This document shows positions 19,701 through 28,117 of a DNA stretch of 64,000 nucleotides, one piece after another. The stretch's first letter is position 1; each line of letters opens with the position of its first letter. The position numbers and the translations under genes were made by a program. The stretch lies in assembly GCA_037308085.1 (NCBI GenBank), contig CP147779.1, positions 1,056,001 to 1,120,000 of the forward strand. The letters are read 5' to 3'. The stretch is from Promethearchaeati archaeon SRVP18_Atabeyarchaeia-1. Its GTDB lineage: Archaea > Asgardarchaeota > Atabeyarchaeia > Atabeyarchaeales > Atabeyarchaeaceae. Under the pieces are notes generated by a model that had not been told where the DNA came from, did no database searches, and saw only the letters and a list, made by a program, of their open reading frames with translations.

Positions 19701-20782
19701 TGGAATGGTCTGACTCGATTGCAGTCCGCATAGAGGAATTCAACCCCAACGATCTCGATGAACTGAAGTGGAAAGATCAAAAGATTGTTCACGGCAGATT
19801 TCTGAATGAGAACCTGACGCAAGTCCCAACCGACGAGCTACTCGAATACTACTATGCTTCGAGGTCCCCCTCATTCGTTCTAGGATACGACGATCAACGG
19901 ATTCTTGAACTGCTAACCAAGTCTGGGCCTCTAGAAGAAAAGGAGATAACGGCAAGAACTGGTCTAGATCCGGAGACTGTACGTGGATCCCTGGAAAACG
20001 TGGAGAAAGCCGCTAGAATAGTTAGAGTCAGAAAAGGTGACTCGCACTATACAACTGATAGCTGGTTCTACGATGTCATCGACCACTACCTGCCAAGCGG
20101 TTCATCACAATTCGAGAGCACGAGTCCGAAGGACGCGAGAAAGAAGATCATACTGAAGTTTCTTGCAGCAAACGGCCCTGTGAGCTTAAGGCAAATCGAG
20201 GAATGGTCACACATGGAGTTAGCTGAGATCAAATCAGTTCTATCAGAGCTTGAGGCAGAAGGAAGAATCTCCTCAAACGTCTATGTCGAAGGGGTCGCAG
20301 GCAGAAGATATGTTAGAAAGGAGGACCTGCCAGAACTGAGATCACTAGAAGAGCTGTACCTCAGCCAGAAGCTCACCAACGGGGCGCCCTACTATGTCAC
20401 ACTTCCGAACTACGACCCATTAATCAAAACATGGAAAGACGAGCTGCTCAGAGTTTTCTCAATTGGTCTAATAGAACTTGGAGCAGACTACTATATGTTG
20501 ACACTTAGATCAGGAAAACCGGTGGCTGCTATACAAGTCCACTTTGAGGTAAACACCATGAGGATACACGACATGGAGCTGCTCGACTCGCTTGACCTCA
20601 GAATTGTGCAAGACGTGATCAAGGACATAGAGAAAACCGCGCATGACTCAAGAAAAATGGAGTTGCAGATCGAGCGCATAAGCGGTAGAGGAGCCCAGGA
20701 TAAGCTGAATAGGCAGAGAGTCGAGACATTTCTTGAGAATGGTTATCGACTTAATGAAGGAATCCTGCGTAAGAAACTATAA
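13745..20782 (+). CDS. lhr: Lhr-family ATP-dependent helicase with four C-terminal winged-helix AlkZ/HTH_42-like modules (2345 aa)
   Basis: TGSGKT, YVSPLRALNND, TTPE, DEIH, SAT, HHGSL, LELGID, QRIGRAGH; repeated [RK]QH[LV]xP motif at aa 891, 1161, 1561 and 1961. Confidence 0.93.
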   Translation: MAIRFVGGSPPSDEETFGKLRPYVAGWFKEKFGEMTPPQKYAIPLIQRNENTLVFSSTGSGKTLAAFLSMIDKLFSMGESGELEETVYVLYVSPLRALNNDIKRNLMVPLEGIRETSRRANVELPMINVAVRTGDTPQAERSRMLRHPPHILITTPETLSIVLNSPKFSERLKTIKWVIVDEIHELCDSKRGVHLSLSLERLQHLIGGDKEFVRVGCSATQAPVDEIAKFLVGYRDDGSFRDCNIVDVYSTKSLDIGVITPVSNLAYASYDSATDNMYELLKKQIDSHTTTLVFTNTRSGTERIAFRLKELYGDESVDQLAAHHGSLSRDTRLDVEERLKKGQLKAAVSSTSLELGIDIGYIDLVCQIGSPKSVAKGLQRIGRAGHALHETSIGRLLVFDLDDLVECTVLVKSAYEGKIDRVAIPRNCLDVLAQHLVGMSIESKWTPDDALRLIRRSYCYHELPKEDFMGVIRYLAGEHVNLEERGVYRKLWFDEDQQVFGRKRGARMIYFLNIGTIPEESNYRVLLEEYRNPLGQLSESFVERLQPGDIFVLGGRAYEFRRTSGMKVYVRPAFGRRPTVPSWTGEMLPRSFDLSCEIGKFRQVIAGRIKKEGLDATKKWLLEEYRVDERSADSMIVYFRNQLAITGTVPTDKRIMIEGYIDKRGRLNIIFHSVYGRRVNDALSRAYAYAITRVSKVNVGTAILDDGFVITLPAGRMIDLNRVPLLVNPENVEDFIRKAIRKTELFKQRFRHCAVRSFMVLRMYKGWEISVSRQQTRAIKVLDLLEGMEDFPVVKETYREILEDDMDLPNAKNVINGLKSGDIESRVLPLTDVPSPFSHGLILVGAEDVVLMEDREALLRELHRQVLSRVIGEAGEVLFSEETVQALYNQRQHLTPETQGKEKEDIVRILHDIGPAEIFRDTYPTILNRMAVDPETVSQWAEELVMEGRVIIIRTPKGESFGVTTDDFVTYYHVFRSAPGELDELEKNMLKALEVKPLKASELMVSLNSGYPHVRRALRRLERAMLVVRSKYSPKGSAREQALETTWSLTSRHLPSQVFASVEHADPEEEKEKAVKHFLRSFGPCVASEVATHLNMSEEEAEKIFNRLERMGDVLSGYFIPSKPPRQYLLAEDRELLKQIEKSREPIRFPEAVVTQLVLEKQHLTPTTRGKGEEDIVTMIAELGPIQSHRALYHRIEKFDLDTLRRLWASEKKLMLGRFTERGLSYIRTSDLPIYVALREANGVLLSDLDRLVLGIIEKENPITKGRITALTGLEKPTVEESLERLEESLLVLRTVPYDMEPEAQQVILYEPAGNYTSQFQKLSRSEALRTLIQRTIEGHGMITIQGIISLTNLPYDEVESTLSALRRERLIVSGQFIEGIPIETYLVAKDLQRLKELGSEFAVGGTKEGEIPFEGRIMVDVLGNLDPYTWRVAQQLSDLYGSAFLNPIVVDGVLVGAADLHVTQDLLHVADLKVSELLLEKPELLEKIAKRFIEIASYYGLMAAEVEFVWGQPAVTEKNEKLVKVFTELGYEIVGDRLCWGETPSELFDEQVVRVFQFKKQHVDPETRGRTRDDVYRIMRDIGPIWTPWEEKLSIRVEDLRREWVEELLKKDRVLVEDTLLGSKPMLLPVKDWPTYWWACKTPVKLSLDAVKLLKVIRENGPISKKSLIRKSLMHQLDVEHLLSILCQMRLITNIGNSTTAGIWVTIDQWLPATVKLEDYVEPHEARRRIILRLLRSLGPLTVSQLRELTALHSRQVRLVLSELRDQGIVGLGRFLRSPRTQIQFVALEDLEELHSISSMVKDGDYGRTTRAFTVPPGDPLYYALKDEIKSTFRTGWCYTVVLNDDLVAAFKSKGAKKKHFIITDLLIQGKQVERKEVILKIIGQIDETARCVGSLDIEVKSINEKPVTYEGNQSIVEIFKSAGYKAGGLVLYKPFSVSIQPSGKEVFAEDVCVEFLMRRQHLSPQYKGRGKDEILKVLHDIGRVEWSDSIAVRIEEFNPNDLDELKWKDQKIVHGRFLNENLTQVPTDELLEYYYASRSPSFVLGYDDQRILELLTKSGPLEEKEITARTGLDPETVRGSLENVEKAARIVRVRKGDSHYTTDSWFYDVIDHYLPSGSSQFESTSPKDARKKIILKFLAANGPVSLRQIEEWSHMELAEIKSVLSELEAEGRISSNVYVEGVAGRRYVRKEDLPELRSLEELYLSQKLTNGAPYYVTLPNYDPLIKTWKDELLRVFSIGLIELGADYYMLTLRSGKPVAAIQVHFEVNTMRIHDMELLDSLDLRIVQDVIKDIEKTAHDSRKMELQIERISGRGAQDKLNRQRVETFLENGYRLNEGILRKKL

Positions 20783-20785
20783 ACG

Positions 20786-21430
20786 GTGGAGGAGATGTCG
20801 CGGGCAATGTCAATCTGGTTGAAATATAGAGAGGAGATGGCTCAAGTAAAGAACTACCTCAAGACAACTGCTCCTCATGGAGATGACTCGTTCTTCCCCT
20901 ACAGCGATCCCGCCTACAAGTGGGAGCACACCCTGATGGTTCTGAACAGCGGCCTGCTACTCGCCAAAGAAGAGAGGGCCAACATTGACGTCGTAGCCCT
21001 TGGAGCGATTTTCCATGACGTATGCTACTACACTGCAAGCTACGAAGAGCATGGGCACGAAGGATCCAAGTACGCCACGGAGTATATGAGGAAGAAGGGC
21101 TACCCGAATGAGCTTATTGCGAACGTATCGTACGCCGTAGGTGTTCATATTGGAGAAATGAATCCCAAGACTATAGAAGCTAAAATAATCCAGGATGCGG
21201 ACACACTTGACAAGGTTGGGGCGGTCGGCGTCGCCCTGATACTATTGAACGCGGGCGCAGGAAAGTTGCTCTTTCTCGACGCGATCAACAAGTACAAGAC
21301 TGAATATGTGAAGAAACTCGACTTCATGGTCAACTCTATGTGGACAAAGAAGGCTCGCCAGATAATGGCAGAGCGGACGAACTTTCTCACCGCCTACTTC
21401 AAGCAGCTTGAAAGCGAATTAACAAGCTGA
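20786..21430 (+). CDS. HD-domain phosphohydrolase
   Basis: H...FHD...H...H...QDADTLD; begins 3 nt after the lhr stop. Confidence 0.9.
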   Translation: MEEMSRAMSIWLKYREEMAQVKNYLKTTAPHGDDSFFPYSDPAYKWEHTLMVLNSGLLLAKEERANIDVVALGAIFHDVCYYTASYEEHGHEGSKYATEYMRKKGYPNELIANVSYAVGVHIGEMNPKTIEAKIIQDADTLDKVGAVGVALILLNAGAGKLLFLDAINKYKTEYVKKLDFMVNSMWTKKARQIMAERTNFLTAYFKQLESELTS

Positions 21431-21477
21431 AACCCTAGCCCTCACTCGTTCTTTCTCAATCACCTTGCATTCAAAGA

Positions 21478-21812
21478 ATGTCAGAATTCCTGATAAAAGA
21501 GCACGATTGCGAGGTTACAATACTGCAGGAGGATACTAGATTAGGAACTTCCGTGCCTGACGATGAGATAGACTTGATTATAGCATCTCCAGCGCCCACG
21601 GTGATGCTCAATTAGAAGTAGGAAGTCTTGAAATTCATTGAACATCTTCCGGTGTTTCGAGCCGCATGCCAACCTCTGGTGCCTCAACTACGATGACAAA
21701 GTTGTCAGATGGCTTCCGAGACGTGCAGGAGCGGTGCTGATTGCTGACATGCAAAATGTTTCAACCGAGTTGGTGAACTATCAGGCATATAGACCCGCGA
21801 AGCAAAGCTGAA
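21478..21812 (+). pseudogene. Possible decayed DNA amino-methyltransferase remnant
   Basis: 45-aa ORF 21478-21615 containing ILQED...VPDDEIDLIIASP, like the PDxSIDLIxTSPPY start of beta-class MTases; followed by short broken frames. Confidence 0.3.
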
Positions 21813-22103
21813 CTACTCTGAGAAATCTACACTAACGGTGCCTTACGACAACCACCAGGGACCTAGCACAAGCAAAGCGAATTCTATCGAGCCGCCAACT
21901 CAGTTGCTTCCCACTCCTCTTAATTATATCACTCCCATTGCGAACATCTCATTTCATCCGTCATGGTTATATAGAATATCAAATTGAATTATGGAATGAA
22001 TGCGATAACTGTGGCAGCAACCGCCCGCCCCCCGGGTGAGTTGAGTAAGTAGCTTCGTTACTTGCATTCCGTGGAACGAACTCTTTGGAGGTATTGAATC
22101 ATT

Positions 22104-22487
22104 ATGAGTAAGAACCTCAGGAAAGATCTTGAAACCGTGTTAAAGGATTTTGAGTCGACGGCCGGCGATGTCGAGGGCTCAGCCCTCGTTAGAAGCGATG
22201 GTTTGATCGTTGCATTTGCGATGCCCAAGAGCACAGATGAGTCTCTAGTTGCAGCTATGTCCGCTGCTCTTCTTAACATTGGCACGCGAACAGCTAATGA
22301 ACTCAGTCGCGGTGACCTTGACAAGGTCATAGTGAGCGGTACCAAAGGCGATGTCGTCTTAATGGGTGCAGGAGCTGACTCAGTTCTCTCAGCAACCACC
22401 AAGGCAGGTGCGAACCTCGGGCTCGTACTTGTCGAGATGAAGAGAACGAGTTCAAAGCTAGGACACCTGATTTCTGGAGGTATTTAG
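22104..22487 (+). other. Roadblock/LC7 (MglB-like) domain protein
   Basis: ALVRSDGL...AAMSAA...EL.RG.L...IV.G..G; 127 aa. Confidence 0.93.
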
Positions 22488-22531
22488 CTTTTCAACTAAG
22501 ATGATAGAATTCAAGGAGGCATGCGTCTCGT

Positions 22532-22999
22532 ATGGTAAGACAAGCAAATCCGATGTTTGAGGCAATTTCCTATTACGCCTTGATGACTGCAATGGAAAAA
22601 GTGGGGATAAATCCGGGGCTACTCGCTCGACAAACGTCAACTGCTATAACCCCCGTTATGAGCGGCTTTCTCGAGAATTTCTTAGGCCGAAGTCAAATGC
22701 CAAAAGCCCTGAACGAGTTCTTCGAAATGGAAAAATTGATCTTCAAGATTGGCAACATCTGCGACGCAGAGAAAATGCAAGTGACCTGCAAGGATGGGAC
22801 ATCCGTAATGAAAATCTTTGATTGCAGCCTGCAGGAAGTAGCGAAATTTGCCAAATCCGCAGGTTACAAGCAATGTCCAATGTGCATTGTTGGAGCAATG
22901 ACGATGGGAACGGTAAAAGCCATGAACCTCGGCGACATCAAGAACCTCAAAGTTGAAAAGAACGGCGACTGTTGCACTATAAGTTTGATGTCTGACTAG
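22532..22999 (+). CDS. V4R-like, Cys-containing small ligand-binding protein
   Basis: IFDC...CPMC..G...G...GDCCTI pattern; 44 nt after the roadblock gene. Confidence 0.55.
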   Translation: MVRQANPMFEAISYYALMTAMEKVGINPGLLARQTSTAITPVMSGFLENFLGRSQMPKALNEFFEMEKLIFKIGNICDAEKMQVTCKDGTSVMKIFDCSLQEVAKFAKSAGYKQCPMCIVGAMTMGTVKAMNLGDIKNLKVEKNGDCCTISLMSD

Positions 23000-23339
23000 A
23001 GTAGCCGCAGGATCTATTCCCTCTTTTCTTTTCGGGGGAAATGTCACTTGATTTTTCATCGACTCTGAGGTCTCATGAGCAAGTATCAACGAACAAAGGA
23101 TTCTTAAACTACATCAATTTAGGGTTGTGTAAGATTAGCTTACATATATATACGTTAATATTCTAACTGCAGCCACGAAACTAGATAATTGCTGATTCTA
23201 TGCCCTAGCTTGATCACCAGAATTATTAGGGGTTCCAATGAGAATCGCGTGAGAGATCACGTCCATTTCTCACCGAACTGGGATCGCTACTCATAAAGCG
23301 CCCAGCCTAATGGAAAATCGATGAATGGGGGTATCAGCA

Positions 23340-24797
23340 ATGACCATAATGCCTCACGTCCAAAAGATCATAGACTCGTGGGTAGTTTACAAGATGGATG
23401 TCAATGACCCGACATTCAAGTCTTGGAAGGAGATTGATGAAATAAGAAACAAGAACCTACAGAGACAAGTCAAACTCTGCGCGCAGTACAGCAGATTCTA
23501 TAAAGACTTCTTCAAGCAACACAACATCAACCCAGAGAGCATCAAGACGACTGACGATTTGCAGAAGATACCACTCACAACAAAAAAAGATTACATGGCT
23601 GATCCGCTTGCATTCAAGCTCGAATTTGACAGGCTCGGATTATATGATGCGATATGGGACATAAACTACACAGCAGGCACGACAACAGGTCATCCAACAC
23701 AATTCTACAACACCGTACACGACCACTACTCATCGCTGTTACAAGGCATAAGATCATTTAAGATAGGTGGCGGCCCTACACCAGACGATCTGATGATCAA
23801 CCTATTCCCGCTGTTTTTGCCACACATCGGTTGGATCAAGACTGTCGAATATCCCATTGCCATAGGTATACCTGTTGTATCTGCGAATGTCGGCTCCCCT
23901 CATCCCGAGTTTCCTGTGCACCGAAAACTCCAAACTGCCATAGAGCTTATTGAGCATTACTCCAAAATGCAGAAAGTTTCCAATCGCCATACTATTTTCA
24001 TGGGCGTTGCCTCATTCATAAGGCGACTGCTAATGCTAGCTGAGAGACAAGGTAGGGACTTCAGTACGGTGCGCATGGTTCGAGCGCTCGGAGAGGCGGC
24101 GCCCAAAGAGTTACGTGACGACATTAGGATGAGGCTACGGAATCTTGGCGCGGGTGAGGTATTCGTAGGCAACGATTACGGGTTCACTGAAATGCAGGGT
24201 TCAACCACTGAGTGCGTTGAGCTTGGTGGATGTCACAACCCATCACCTGAATTATACTTCTTCGAGACTGTTGATGAGAAGACGGGTGAGAGGCTGGACT
24301 ATGGAAAGGAAGGGCTACTAGCTATAACGCATCTTAATCGTCGCGGAACTGTTTTGCTTCGTTACGTAATAGGGGACCTAGCTGCAATTAAGGTGGAGAC
24401 TTGCCCAAACTGCGGTAGAAACGGTGAACGAATAGTCATCGCAACCGGGAGTACTTATGCAACTAGGACAAGTGAGTTGGTCAAACTCAAAGGGGTGCTG
24501 TTTAACCCTGAACTGCTAAGAAATGAAGTCTCTACGACTCCTGGCGTAGCTGAGTACTGTGTAGTATTCAGGAAGGAAGATCCACATGATCCTTTTTCTC
24601 CAGATGTCCTTGAACTAAGAATAGCTCACTTTGAGGGTGTGAACCAGGCTGAATTAGAGAAGGAACTTATCGATAGAGTCTTTAATGCATGTGAGATGAG
24701 ACCCAAAGTCACATTCACTGACATGAACTCTATTTTCGACCCTTCAGTTAGTCTGAAGGCACAACGTGTCTTGGACTTCAGACCGAAGCCCAAATGA
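23340..24797 (+). CDS. Phenylacetate-CoA ligase (PaaK)-like AMP-forming ligase
   Basis: DLQKIPLTTK, TAGTTTGHP, YGFTE, LLRYVIGD; start taken at ATG 23340 behind GGGGG (ORF open from 23325). Confidence 0.88.
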   Translation: MTIMPHVQKIIDSWVVYKMDVNDPTFKSWKEIDEIRNKNLQRQVKLCAQYSRFYKDFFKQHNINPESIKTTDDLQKIPLTTKKDYMADPLAFKLEFDRLGLYDAIWDINYTAGTTTGHPTQFYNTVHDHYSSLLQGIRSFKIGGGPTPDDLMINLFPLFLPHIGWIKTVEYPIAIGIPVVSANVGSPHPEFPVHRKLQTAIELIEHYSKMQKVSNRHTIFMGVASFIRRLLMLAERQGRDFSTVRMVRALGEAAPKELRDDIRMRLRNLGAGEVFVGNDYGFTEMQGSTTECVELGGCHNPSPELYFFETVDEKTGERLDYGKEGLLAITHLNRRGTVLLRYVIGDLAAIKVETCPNCGRNGERIVIATGSTYATRTSELVKLKGVLFNPELLRNEVSTTPGVAEYCVVFRKEDPHDPFSPDVLELRIAHFEGVNQAELEKELIDRVFNACEMRPKVTFTDMNSIFDPSVSLKAQRVLDFRPKPK

Positions 24798-25456
24798 GTA
24801 GGATTTGGGGTTGGAAGTCCTCGCCCTTTTATCCTACATCTCTTTCTCAAGGGCTGAAGTATTAGTTCAGCATTTGCTCAAGGAGCACGGTTAACGACAT
24901 GCTGACCTTATAAAGGATCACTAGTTGACAGGCTGGTGACAGAGAAAGCATCCATGTTTCACAGAGTATGAGCCATTGACCAAATCAACTACTACAGGTT
25001 AGAATTTCTCTAACGAAATGGCGCAGGATGAAATGTAAGAGGTGACTTGAGCAAAGGAAAGAAATATCTTATTCCTGTTGACGAAGTCGATCGGCTCTTC
25101 CAAGAGTGTCGAAGAAAGTGAGTTGGTGCGAGGAGATTGGAAGTAGCGACTTCATCTATTAGTACAGGAAGCTGTAGAAAGCAGAGGATTAGGGTACGAC
25201 AAGTAGAGCAGCCAGCAGACCCCCTTTTCTCCCCGCCAAATGCCAGAATTGCATAATAGAAAGATAGCGCCAGTTGCGCATGTGGGAATTTGTAGTTGTA
25301 GCATGCAAAAGGATTTATCCTCCGAGAATCTTTTCCCTTGAAAAGAGACCTATGGCATTGTATAGGAGAACTCTGCCATCGTCGCGCGAAATCGAGAAGT
25401 CAGGGTTCTCCTAAGATAAGATGCGGTCTACTTCAGTGCAGGGGAAACGAAATCAC

Positions 25457-26425
25457 ATGCCCCAGATAACGATAACCCAACTCGCCCTAATCGTAATACT
25501 TGTCGTTACCTGTACAATCGCCTCTTTTTCCACGGACCATAATTCCCGCGCGATTAGAAGTCGGATCGCAGAGGGTCAGAGCCGACTGGCACTCTTGAGG
25601 AAGGAAAAAGGACGTCATGGTAGCGAAGTCATCGAAGCTGAGAAGTCATTGAGCAAGTTGGTGGAAGAGATGTCGAGAATTGAGCAATTCTCGTATTTGC
25701 CGAAGTTGCGAGGAGGCGAGTCCCTATCGGCGAAGCTCCGTTCCTCTCTGCCATACATCATTGGGATAACAATAGGCGTAATAGTGGGTGCCATTGTCAT
25801 AATGCTGATACCAATCATACTCATTGTTATTCTCTTCATTTTGGCGACATTTGTGGGCTCAAGCGGGCTGTTCTCTGAGTTTGTTCGCAGCCAAAACAGA
25901 GCCTTTGCCCTCTCGGCAATTCCTGCAGGTCTCTACGCATTGACCCAGGTGTTCGTTCTCCTGCAGCTGTACGACATATTCTATCTGGTGTTCTGGGTCT
26001 TTGATATTGTAGTAGTCCTCACCTTGATAGGCGTCTCAATGATATTCGGGAAGGAGCTTCAGCTGGAGATCGTCATAATACTAGTGGCGATACTGGCGGC
26101 ATGGGATATTTATGCAGTAATTTTCTCGAACGTCATGGGAGCAAACATATCGAAACTAGCATACACGCTTTTCAGCGTCCTCATCCCCAACGGAAATGGC
26201 TTCTCGCTGATTGGTGGGGGAGACTTTTTCTTCTCCTGTCTGCTTGTAACATCCTTTACGAGAAGGCTAAAGGCCGTTCCCGTAGCACTTGTATTTCTGA
26301 TTGGTGCATCTGTCACAGCGCTCATATTCGCAATGGCGATCACTGGTCAGACGATGGCACCAGCGCTTCCAGCGGTACTCGCAGCAGGACTATTCTCTGC
26401 AATATACTATCGCAGAAAACTGTGA
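25457..26425 (+). CDS. Presenilin/signal-peptide-peptidase (A22) intramembrane aspartyl protease
   Basis: WDIYAV (first Asp), IGGGDF (GxGD) and PALP motifs in a multi-TM protein. Confidence 0.85.
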   Translation: MPQITITQLALIVILVVTCTIASFSTDHNSRAIRSRIAEGQSRLALLRKEKGRHGSEVIEAEKSLSKLVEEMSRIEQFSYLPKLRGGESLSAKLRSSLPYIIGITIGVIVGAIVIMLIPIILIVILFILATFVGSSGLFSEFVRSQNRAFALSAIPAGLYALTQVFVLLQLYDIFYLVFWVFDIVVVLTLIGVSMIFGKELQLEIVIILVAILAAWDIYAVIFSNVMGANISKLAYTLFSVLIPNGNGFSLIGGGDFFFSCLLVTSFTRRLKAVPVALVFLIGASVTALIFAMAITGQTMAPALPAVLAAGLFSAIYYRRKL

Positions 26426-26639
26426 GAGTGAAGTGGTTCGAACCGTGCCTATTCCTCTCTATTAATGAGGATCCCTGCGCGAGGAAAGTTGCCACCAAAT
26501 TGAATGTGGATGGACACCTTATATTCCGACCTGCTCTATTGGTACTGAGTGACCTACAGTTGATATAGTGCGAGACTCCTGTCAAGGAATATCATAGATT
26601 AGGAAGGCGTTGCACAGAGTCCGATCGGCGGCTGGAACT

Positions 26640-28028
26640 ATGTCAAACGAATCCACGAAGAATGGTTATGCTGATGAAAAGAATTGGCTCGCTCCACTAC
26701 TAAGGGAGACGGGCGTCTCGGCAGCCGATCTGACCTATGATTTCAACTTGATAAAGGGAAGGGCCACGAAGAGCAATATGTGTGTCCTCTGCAAAGGTGG
26801 CAAGTTTCTTTGTGGCAAAACAAGATGCTCGGTACTGGCAAAAGCATTGACCTATAAGAAGATTGCGCGATCCATTGATAAGCTTGAGCTCGACGGAGCA
26901 TCTCCGCCCGGGGTCTTCATAGGAAGAATGGGTTACCCTAGGGTCTACGCTGGCCCTCTTGTTCCCCCAACTCATGGAGACACTTCGATCATGGATATTC
27001 CAGAACTCTGGGGGCCATGCGGATTTGCAAAGTCAATCGATGACATTATTGATTTTAGGCTGAGTCTCGTAAGGGGAAAGTCACGTATGACCGTTGATGC
27101 GGCAGCGTTAGACACCGGCAGCAGAATTATGGATGTAATAACGGAACTCGCCTTGGCAAGGGGTCCAGTTGAGACGGAAATGCTTCTCAGAAAGAAACCG
27201 AGTAGAACAGTATTGCTCGATGACGACATTCAGCCTTTTGGACCTTCGGCGCCAATCGACAAAGTGAAAGTCGGAAATGTATACTGGGATCCGCAGCTTG
27301 AGAAGGCTTACGGAGACCACGACCTAAAGGCAGCCGAGGCAGTGTCCTCGCTCTACGATAGCGGCGTGCTTGTATCCCGAATACAGAAGGCGTTCAGCGT
27401 TGGTGCCTTCGGAATCAAGAAGAACAGAAAACTCGTGCCAACGAGATGGAGCATAACCGCAGTCGACAGCCTCATATCAAAAACACTTCTGGAGAAGGTG
27501 ACTCTTCAGCCTCCCATCAATGAATACAGGATCTACGAGTCAAACTACCTTGACAACAGGTGGATCATTCTCATGGCTCCGCTATCATGGAGCTACGAAC
27601 TCGTTGAAGCATGGTACCCAGGCACCACGTGGAATCCCGACAGCAGTAACATCGTGATTTTCTCTGATCACGAAATGTTCGAGGGCAGAACAACTTACCC
27701 GGACATAGGAGGATGCTACTTCGCATCCAGGCTGGCAATAGCCGAGAGGCTCCTAGCAGAACGCCGCCAGGCAACCGTCGCCGTTCTGAGGGAGTCTCAT
27801 CCAGGGTACGTCCTCCCTGTGGGCGTCTGGTCTGTCAGAGAGAGTGTGAGAAATGCCTTGAGAAATCCCCCTATGAGGTACAACAACCTGCGTGATGCAA
27901 TCAGCCACATTTCCTCCAAGTTTGCGATACCACTATCCCGATGGCTCAAAACCAGCAAACTGCTCCAAGAGTTGCTGTATCAAACCAGGATAACTGATTT
28001 CCAGCAGTTGAGAACTTCGGAAGGGTAG
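26640..28028 (+). CDS. nreA: Nre family DNA repair protein
   Basis: CxxCKG...CG...C, SPPGVFIGR.GYP, LVPTRWSITAVD, GGCY, PVGVW; C-terminal PIP-like QTRITDF. Confidence 0.92.
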   Translation: MSNESTKNGYADEKNWLAPLLRETGVSAADLTYDFNLIKGRATKSNMCVLCKGGKFLCGKTRCSVLAKALTYKKIARSIDKLELDGASPPGVFIGRMGYPRVYAGPLVPPTHGDTSIMDIPELWGPCGFAKSIDDIIDFRLSLVRGKSRMTVDAAALDTGSRIMDVITELALARGPVETEMLLRKKPSRTVLLDDDIQPFGPSAPIDKVKVGNVYWDPQLEKAYGDHDLKAAEAVSSLYDSGVLVSRIQKAFSVGAFGIKKNRKLVPTRWSITAVDSLISKTLLEKVTLQPPINEYRIYESNYLDNRWIILMAPLSWSYELVEAWYPGTTWNPDSSNIVIFSDHEMFEGRTTYPDIGGCYFASRLAIAERLLAERRQATVAVLRESHPGYVLPVGVWSVRESVRNALRNPPMRYNNLRDAISHISSKFAIPLSRWLKTSKLLQELLYQTRITDFQQLRTSEG

Positions 28029-28117
28029 GACACTGTTTAATATCGTGAATTATTATATAAGCGTAAAACATATAAAGAACCTAATCACCTATTTCTGAGG
28101 AGGGAGTGCGTTACAAC

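Noticed and set aside
25047-25121. Short ORF MSKGKKYLIPVDEVDRLFQECRRK resembling an excisionase C-terminus
   Set aside because: Only 24 codons, the SD is too close to the start, and there is no integrase or att site; at most a relic
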